Origin: an uncultured Thermoplasmata archaeon
Lineage (GTDB): Archaea; Thermoplasmatota; Thermoplasmata; UBA10834
DNA length: 64,000 bases
Direction of reading: 5' to 3'
Assembly: GCA_963719945.1 (NCBI GenBank)
Contig: CAVRDX010000001.1
Location: forward strand, 736,001-800,000
A program made the position numbers and the translations under genes. How positions within the stretch are numbered: position 1 is the first letter of the stretch; every line of letters begins with the position of its first letter. Positions 57,908 to 64,000 of the stretch are shown piece by piece. The notes under the pieces are model-generated. The model saw nothing but the letters and a program-made list of their open reading frames with translations. It had not been told where the DNA came from and did not search any database.

Positions 57908-58815
57908 TTCTTCACCCCCGGCATCTCGATCGCTCCGAACTTACATGCTTTGAAACATCGGCCACAGCCGACACATTTCTCGAACACGAAGACCGCGCGT
58001 TTCTTTGGCTTCCCCTTCTTGCCATCCTTGAGGGTCTTCTCGCTTCCAGGTATCTCCATCATGTAAATGGCATCTGCAGGGCACGCGCGCGCACATGCTG
58101 AACAACCTGTGCATTTGGATAGCAGCAATTTCGGCTCGGGCATCTCGAAGTAGGACTCGTATACCTCAGTCGAAACGAGGGCTTTCTCAGGACATGCAAC
58201 GATGCACTTCTCGCATGATGTGCACTTGGCGAGGTTGATCTCGGGCTTCTTCTTGTCGACCTTCTCGATGGGCATCATGGCAATGCACATCTCAGGGCAC
58301 TCACCCGCGCATTTCTCGCAGCTGGTGCACTTGGACATATCCAAGTATGGCAGCTTGCGGGACTGGCGCTCCTCCTTGAATGTAGAGGCGAATGCATCAT
58401 CACGAATGTCCTTCGGGCTGAGAACGAAGCTCTCGCGCTTGCGATCGGCCAACTCATATTCGGTCGTCAAGTGCAGCGCGACAGTAGGACATACTTCGGC
58501 ACAGAATCCGCAGAACAAGCATCTGCCTATGTCGACACCCGGCCTTTCTATCTTGCCGAGCTCCGGATCCTCAATCTTCTCAAGCCACATGCATTCGTTT
58601 GGACAGATATTGAGACAGTTACCGCAACCGATGCATCTCTTGAAATCGAGAGTGTGTTTCCCCCTGTATACCTGCGGCAACACCAGTTTCTCATGAGGAT
58701 AGAGAACTGTGTTGGGCCTGCCAAGTATGAACGAGCGCACAAACTGACGACCGGTGCGCATCATCGGCCTCACGACATACCCGAAGAAGCTCACCTTGCC
58801 TCGTTCCCTAACCAC
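57904..58815 (-). CDS. nuoI: Complex I-like subunit I fused to a polyferredoxin extension (6 x [4Fe-4S] motifs)
   Basis: T..YP.E, RG.H, CIGCGNC...CP, RCLFCGFCAEVCP, plus four more CxxCxxCxxxC motifs. Confidence 0.93.
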   Translation of the reverse strand: MVRERGKVSFFGYVVRPMMRTGRQFVRSFILGRPNTVLYPHEKLVLPQVYRGKHTLDFKRCIGCGNCLNICPNECMWLEKIEDPELGKIERPGVDIGRCLFCGFCAEVCPTVALHLTTEYELADRKRESFVLSPKDIRDDAFASTFKEERQSRKLPYLDMSKCTSCEKCAGECPEMCIAMMPIEKVDKKKPEINLAKCTSCEKCIVACPEKALVSTEVYESYFEMPEPKLLLSKCTGCSACARACPADAIYMMEIPGSEKTLKDGKKGKPKKRAVFVFEKCVGCGRCFKACKFGAIEMPGVKK

Positions 58816-59941
58816 TGAACCACCCCATCGTCTTGAATGTGGCTGCTATGAGCAGGTTGAGGACGGCCAATGGCAGGAGCCGTTTCCATCCGAGCTCCAA
58901 TATCTGGTCGACACGGACCCTTGGAAGCGACCATCTCATCCATTCGATGACTACGAACACGGTGTAAGCCTTGATCAGGAACCATATCTCGTCCGGTATC
59001 AGGGATGGCCCCTGCCATCCACCAAGAAACAGCGCGGTGGCGAGCGCACCACCAGCGTATCCTCGAAGATATGATGTCATCATGAAGAATCCGAAACGCA
59101 TGCCGCTGTATTCAGTGGTCCATCCCTCGACGAGCTCGGCCTCCGCTTCGGGCAGGTCGAACGGGGTCACCTCCACCTCGGCTGCTATGCATACGATGAA
59201 TACAACCAGACCTATGAACAGGGGTATCGCGAACCATATGTCGTGCTGGGCATCGACTATCCCCACGAAACTGAAACTTCCAGAGAGCAGAATCACGCTG
59301 GCGACAGTCAACAACAGTGGTATCTCATAGCTCATCATCTGAGCGGCGGACCTCATCCCACCTATCAGAGTGAACTTGTTGTTGGAAGACCAGCCTGCGA
59401 GCAGAATGCAGAATGGCGCTATTGCGAATGCGGCGAACGCGAAAAGTACTCCAGCGGACACGAACTCTCCAGATTCGTTAGTCGCTATGCCGAAGTTGGG
59501 GCTCAACGGTATCGTCGCGAGTATCAGGAATGAAGAGCCTATGAATAGGACCGGAGCGAGAAGGAACCCGAGCCTGTCAGCCTTGGCGGGGACGATTATC
59601 TCCTTGACGAACAGCTTCATGCCGTCCGCGAGGTTCTGGAGCCAGCCACCGATCCTGTAACCCACGTAATAAGGACCATAGAAGTCGAATATCCTGCCGC
59701 TGAGTTTTCTATCCAGCCATATGAAGTTGAGGACGTTGATGAGCGCGACTATGATGACTATGAGCGATTCCAGCATTATGGTCATCACCGCGGTGTGACC
59801 GTGGGACCCTGCGAAGTCACCGACGTCGGTGAAGAAATCACCGAAGTACCAGGGAAGCACATCCCCGAGCCAGTACCATAGGTGGTTGACCAGGTCCACG
59901 AGCCACACAATTATGCCATTGCAGAATTGGAAAAGGTTCAT
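58808..59941 (-). CDS. nuoH: Complex I-like subunit H
   Basis: GP, ADGMKLFVKE, GWSSNNKF...GGMR.AAQ..SYE, PFDLPEAEAELVEG...EYSG, PRVR.DQ. Confidence 0.96.
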   Translation of the reverse strand: MNLFQFCNGIIVWLVDLVNHLWYWLGDVLPWYFGDFFTDVGDFAGSHGHTAVMTIMLESLIVIIVALINVLNFIWLDRKLSGRIFDFYGPYYVGYRIGGWLQNLADGMKLFVKEIIVPAKADRLGFLLAPVLFIGSSFLILATIPLSPNFGIATNESGEFVSAGVLFAFAAFAIAPFCILLAGWSSNNKFTLIGGMRSAAQMMSYEIPLLLTVASVILLSGSFSFVGIVDAQHDIWFAIPLFIGLVVFIVCIAAEVEVTPFDLPEAEAELVEGWTTEYSGMRFGFFMMTSYLRGYAGGALATALFLGGWQGPSLIPDEIWFLIKAYTVFVVIEWMRWSLPRVRVDQILELGWKRLLPLAVLNLLIAATFKTMGWFSG

Positions 59942-59945
59942 GGTC

Positions 59946-61028
59946 TCACCTGTCACACTCCCCGATGCACATGTCCAATCCACCCATTATGGCCACGACA
60001 TCGGCCACCTTGTAGCCTACAAGCATACGAGGGGCTGCTGATACGGTTATGAAGATGGGACTACGGATCTTGAGGCGATACGGCTTGTCTGAGCCGTCTC
60101 CGACGACATACATCATCCCTTCACCCCTGGGATCCTCGACCCTGCCCAAGCCAGTGCCGATGGGTGCGTTCCTCGGAGCGACCGTGCGCCATTTGCCTGC
60201 GGGCATGCGCTGGATCGCCTGTCGGATGATCTTACAGCACTCCCACATCTCATCCATTCTCACACGATAACGCGCAAAACAGTCACCTTCAGGTCGTGAG
60301 CAGACTTCGAAATCGAGGTCCGAGTAGACGGAATAAGGCCGGTCCTTGCGCATATCATACTTCACACCACTCGCCCTTAATGGCGGGCCAGTGACACCAA
60401 GGTCGAGAGCGTCTTCCTTCGTGAGGAGGCCTACGTCGACATTCCTCATCATGAATATCTTCGAACCCTCGTACAGATCCTCGTACTCCTTCAGACGAGT
60501 CTCGATGTAATCGCATGCACGCAACGCCTCCCGGTCCCAGTTCGGCGGCAGGTCGTGCGCGACCCCGCCTATACGAGGATAGTTGTATGTCAATCGCGAA
60601 CCCGAAAGGCTCTGGAGAAGGTCCACGAGGACCTCCCTGTCCCTCATGGAGTAGATGAATCCCGCCATCATTCCGAGGTCCACGGCATATGCCGCGAGCC
60701 ACATCAGATGGGAGGCCAGTCTCTGCATCTCAATGGCGATCACTCGGATGTACTCTGCCCGCTCAGGGACCTCTATGCCCATCAGGTCCTCCACCGTCAT
60801 GCAGTACAGGTGACTCCATGTGAGCGAAGAACCGTAGCATAGCCTGTCCGCGAGCGGAATTATCTGCGGATAGGTCCTGTTCTCGCAGATCTTCTCGATG
60901 CCGCGGTGGAGATAGCCGACCTCGGGTTCCGCATCGACGATGGTCTCGCCATCTACCTTGACGCGGAGGTTCCACAGACCATGCGTCATCGGGTGCTGCG
61001 GTCCCATGTTGATCCACATTTCGGCCAT
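59946..61028 (-). CDS. nuoD: Complex I-like subunit D (FpoD-like)
   Basis: NMGPQHPMTHG, GYLHRGIEK, DRLCY, GVTGP.LRASG, E.PRGE, PYRLKIRSP, C-terminal ECDR. Confidence 0.96.
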   Translation of the reverse strand: MAEMWINMGPQHPMTHGLWNLRVKVDGETIVDAEPEVGYLHRGIEKICENRTYPQIIPLADRLCYGSSLTWSHLYCMTVEDLMGIEVPERAEYIRVIAIEMQRLASHLMWLAAYAVDLGMMAGFIYSMRDREVLVDLLQSLSGSRLTYNYPRIGGVAHDLPPNWDREALRACDYIETRLKEYEDLYEGSKIFMMRNVDVGLLTKEDALDLGVTGPPLRASGVKYDMRKDRPYSVYSDLDFEVCSRPEGDCFARYRVRMDEMWECCKIIRQAIQRMPAGKWRTVAPRNAPIGTGLGRVEDPRGEGMMYVVGDGSDKPYRLKIRSPIFITVSAAPRMLVGYKVADVVAIMGGLDMCIGECDR

Positions 61029-61034
61029 CCATGA

Positions 61035-61544
61035 TCACATCCTGAAATCCTTGCGCAACGGGTGATACATCGTATCCTTCGGCAACAGTATCCTTTCCAG
61101 TTTAGGATGGTCCTTGAACACTATGCCCATGAGGTCATACGATTCTCTCTCGTTCCAATTCGCTCCGCCCCAGATCGATGAAATGGAATCGACTGTCGGG
61201 TCTTCCTTGGGCAGCTTCACGATGAGCTCCAGCATGATGTTGGATTGATAGGAATTGATGTGATAGACTATCTCGAACCTGTCAGGGTAGTCAACCGCGG
61301 ATATCATGGAGAGGTGCTCGAATCCAAGGTCATTTCTCAGGAGTCTGCATGCATCATGGAGACTGTCGCGAGCGATGATGGTGCGTATGAGTCCATCCCT
61401 GACCCGCTCAGACCCCTCGACCGACTTGCCGAACGCGTCGCTGATCGTCCGGAGCACATGCTCCTCAGGGTCCTCGCCTATCGTCAACGGGGCTCTTTCG
61501 ATGTTCCCCGTAGGGTCCTGGTTGCCTCTTCCCCCTCCCCTCAT
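61035..61544 (-). CDS. nuoC: Complex I-like subunit C
   Basis: ISAVDY, YH, ANWNERESYDLMGI.F.DHP.L.RILL, HPLRKDF; start uncertain. Confidence 0.95.
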   Translation of the reverse strand: MRGGGRGNQDPTGNIERAPLTIGEDPEEHVLRTISDAFGKSVEGSERVRDGLIRTIIARDSLHDACRLLRNDLGFEHLSMISAVDYPDRFEIVYHINSYQSNIMLELIVKLPKEDPTVDSISSIWGGANWNERESYDLMGIVFKDHPKLERILLPKDTMYHPLRKDFRM

Positions 61545-61569
61545 ATATGATCCCCTGCTATCTTCTCCA

Positions 61570-62142
61570 TCATCGGCCCGTAAGAAGGCCGCGTTTGTTC
61601 TCCAAGATGATTTTCTGCAATTTCAGGAACCCGTCTATCAACGCCTCTGGCCTAGCCGGGCATCCGGGTATGTAAATGTCGACTGGGATGAAAGTGTCCA
61701 CACCAGGGACTACATTGTAACTCTCCCAGAACGGTCCTCCGGATATCGCACACTCACCCATGGCGATGACCCACTTGGGTTCAGGCATCTGATCGTATAG
61801 CCGCCTGAGAGCAGGCTTCAACTTCTTGCTCACGGGACCGTTGACCAGGAGCACATCGCACTGACGGGGTGTCGATCTGTATATGACCCCCATCCTCTGA
61901 GCGTCGAACCTCGGTGCCGAGGCGACGGCCATCTCCAAGGCACAACACATGATACCGAAATGAAGCGGGTAGATGGAGTTTCTCGTAGCCCAATTGAAAA
62001 AATCCTTGAGCAATAGGTCAAGAGCGCCACCCACGGGTGTCTTCTTGAGGATGACCTCAAGTGTCTCATCGGACCATTTGAGAAAATCCTTTGAGCGGAA
62101 CATCATGACCTGGCCCGCGGAAGGCTTGTCCCCATTGTTCAA
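61570..62142 (-). CDS. nuoB: Complex I-like subunit B
   Basis: CCALEM, PRQ.D, YDQMPEPKWVIAMG.CA.SGG, PVD.YIPGCP.RPE. Confidence 0.96.
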   Translation of the reverse strand: MNNGDKPSAGQVMMFRSKDFLKWSDETLEVILKKTPVGGALDLLLKDFFNWATRNSIYPLHFGIMCCALEMAVASAPRFDAQRMGVIYRSTPRQCDVLLVNGPVSKKLKPALRRLYDQMPEPKWVIAMGECAISGGPFWESYNVVPGVDTFIPVDIYIPGCPARPEALIDGFLKLQKIILENKRGLLTGR

Positions 62143-62498
62143 ATCCAGATTATCTCCTCCTTCTTGAGGGCGTACACGACACCCACGAGAAGAATACCTA
62201 GGAAAGCCAACATCGAGAACTTGGCCATATCGCTTAGGTCAGTGAAGACGAGAGCCCACATGAGCACGAAGACCGTGACCAGGTCGAAGGCGATGAAAAG
62301 GATGGCGTACATATAATACTGGAAATGGAACTGAATCTGCGCCTCACCTATCGGGACTTCACCACATTCGTATGTGGTGGTACCTCGCGGATCGTTCTTA
62401 TCTGGTCTGAGATAGCGCGATAAGAGGAAGACTAGGGCAGGAAGCAAAACCGCTATGACCGCGAATGCAGCGACCCCCATATAGTCCTCTGCGAGCAT
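62139..62498 (-). CDS. nuoA: Complex I-like subunit A
   Basis: YECGE.P.G, FQYY.YAILF..FD, three TM helices. Confidence 0.95.
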   Translation of the reverse strand: MLAEDYMGVAAFAVIAVLLPALVFLLSRYLRPDKNDPRGTTTYECGEVPIGEAQIQFHFQYYMYAILFIAFDLVTVFVLMWALVFTDLSDMAKFSMLAFLGILLVGVVYALKKEEIIWI

Positions 62499-62662
62499 CG
62501 CCCTCGGATTCGCATCAAAGTATTAAGGGTTTTCAGTGTACGGTTCTTAGATTGTGGGCCGTCAGTATCGAATTTTCTTCAATTACTCTGCGCATTTGCA
62601 GCAGATAAGACGCGGAGAATTAGATGAAAGAGGTTTCAGCGACCGATTAGATGATGAAACGT

Positions 62663-63253
62663 CTAGCGGATGCGGATTCCACACCGCGCACAGAATGATG
62701 TATCCGAGGCAATGGTCGAGCCACATGCCGGACATGTGCCACCGACACCTCCTGGCGGAGGTATGAAAGGCGCGGGGCCAGGGGCCGTCTTCGATGCCTT
62801 GGCCTTTTCATCACCCAATATAAAGACGATAACGACGATCACGATGACCACGATTATGACAACCGTGATGATTCCGATGATGAGGACCATCGACAGGGCG
62901 TCCTCGACGTTATCAAGTATATCTATGGTATAGTTCAGATTGACCGTCGTTGTCCCTTCGTTCGCCCATGTGAATGTGTAATCTCCGCTCACTGCAGCCT
63001 CCATCGATCCTGCATCAGATACGGATACTTCATCGACCAGTGCGGTGCCAGTCGGTGAACTGAGGGTAAAATGTAGGTCGTCTTCGCAGTACCAGAGGTA
63101 GGTGATCTCGTCACCCGCACTATAATGGGCCGCGTCAGAATAGCTCGATCCAGGCTGGATGTTTCTGCTAGCATTGGCACTGACCCCCGTCGATGCGCAC
63201 AACACCATCATCAATGCCAACACGGAGCAAGCCAAAATCGGAGCATGTCTCAT
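62663..63253 (-). CDS. Single-pass membrane protein: signal peptide, beta-sandwich ectodomain, TM, Pro-rich linker, zinc ribbon
   Basis: N-terminal signal peptide, G.Y.F.W.N motif, long TM helix, PPPGG, CPACG..FCARCG. Confidence 0.8.
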   Translation of the reverse strand: MRHAPILACSVLALMMVLCASTGVSANASRNIQPGSSYSDAAHYSAGDEITYLWYCEDDLHFTLSSPTGTALVDEVSVSDAGSMEAAVSGDYTFTWANEGTTTVNLNYTIDILDNVEDALSMVLIIGIITVVIIVVIVIVVIVFILGDEKAKASKTAPGPAPFIPPPGGVGGTCPACGSTIASDTSFCARCGIRIR

Positions 63254-63370
63254 GATTTATCCCGATTGATATCGGATTCACGGATATTTAGCAGTTATAG
63301 TCCCTGCAATCCACATCTCGCGCTGTAGTTGGATATGTATTTAGTACGGCCGTCGCAATCTTCGACCGAG

Positions 63371-64000
63371 ATGTCGAGACCAGACCTCGTTTTGCTCCAT
63401 CCACCGAGCGTGATGGATTTCCGAAAGAAGACCATGTTGCTGGGTCCAGTAAGTGACCTTATACCTTCAACACCGGTGTTCGAGATGTATCCGATCGGAT
63501 TCACAACGATGGCGTCCCATCTCGAGTCGAAGGGGTACTCGGTCAGGATAGCAAACATTGCAAACAAGATGCTGTCATCCAACAGATTCAACCCGGACAG
63601 GTTCGTGAAATCCATCGATGCGGGCATGTTCGGAATCGACCTGCACTGGATGCCCCATGTGCAAGGGGCCCTGGAACTGGCGAAGATGGTGAAGAGGCAT
63701 CATCCAGACAGACCAGTTGTGATGGGTGGGTTCAGCTCATCATACTATCACGAAGAGCTCATGGCGAAGCATCCGGAGGTGGATTATGTCCTTAGAGGGG
63801 ATTCCACCGAGGTGCCGCTTGAGAAACTCATTTCCTCCCTGGAGTCGAGGAAATCACTCGAAGACGTCCCGAACCTGACATGGAGGAGAGAGGGGAGTAC
63901 GAAGGTCAACCCCATCACAAATGTGCCGGATACCCTCGACGACATTGAGATAGATTATGGGTTGATGATCCGCAAGGTGCTAAGGTATAGGGATCTGGAC
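63371..64000 (+). CDS. B12-binding/radical SAM protein (Ta0216/TIGR04190-like), N-terminal part
   Basis: Manual translation: MSRPDLVLLHPPSV.DFR...GPVSDLIPSTPVFEMYPIG...FGIDLHW..H.QG...VMGG.SSSYY...DYVLRGDSTE; open to the window end, so absent from the ORF track. Confidence 0.85.
   Translation, partial: MSRPDLVLLHPPSVMDFRKKTMLLGPVSDLIPSTPVFEMYPIGFTTMASHLESKGYSVRIANIANKMLSSNRFNPDRFVKSIDAGMFGIDLHWMPHVQGALELAKMVKRHHPDRPVVMGGFSSSYYHEELMAKHPEVDYVLRGDSTEVPLEKLISSLESRKSLEDVPNLTWRREGSTKVNPITNVPDTLDDIEIDYGLMIRKVLRYRDLD

Noticed and set aside
59946-62142. Group 4 [NiFe] hydrogenase
   Set aside because: The large subunit lacks both CxxC motifs, the B subunit has the complex I CC motif, and no maturation genes are present
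1-64000. CRISPR array, rRNA, IS or transposase
   Set aside because: No repeat-spacer pattern, rRNA-like sequence or transposase motif found; the only tandem repeats are protein-level repeats in the propeller gene

Overview
Gene-dense, mostly housekeeping window from an archaeon, very likely Thermoplasmatota near the Methanomassiliicoccales. Supporting markers are CarS, a DUF6015-like protein, aIF5A, Nop5, Csl4, Nob1, an Sm protein, a split NuoJ/FpoJ and GGTGA/GAGGTG Shine-Dalgarno motifs. Contents: ppsA, transporters, an orphan histidine kinase, XPD-carS-pyrE-UDG-clostripain, a sugar-nucleotide/glycosylation cluster, smc-scpA-scpB, PiT, glmM, agmatinase-aIF5A-nop5, a multiply frameshifted nucleoside phosphorylase, a frameshifted mtnA, tRNA-Val(CAC) and a PEF-CTERM-type beta-propeller surface protein. 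Further on are a Rab-like small GTPase, RNA-processing genes and a menaquinone tailoring cluster (polyprenyl synthase, MenG/UbiE, GGR/MenJ-like, MenA). That cluster directly abuts a headless Fpo/complex I-like operon whose I subunit carries six [4Fe-4S] motifs. The most notable items are this quinone-coupled headless complex, the Rab-like GTPase with a C-terminal extension and a divergent coiled-coil neighbour, a 60-aa coiled-coil protein ending in an HbYX motif, an unannotated 32-aa ORF with its own promoter, RBS and hairpin, and a THUMP-less ThiI paired with ThiF. No CRISPR array, rRNA or mobile element was seen. All family calls come from motif recognition by eye, not from database searches.
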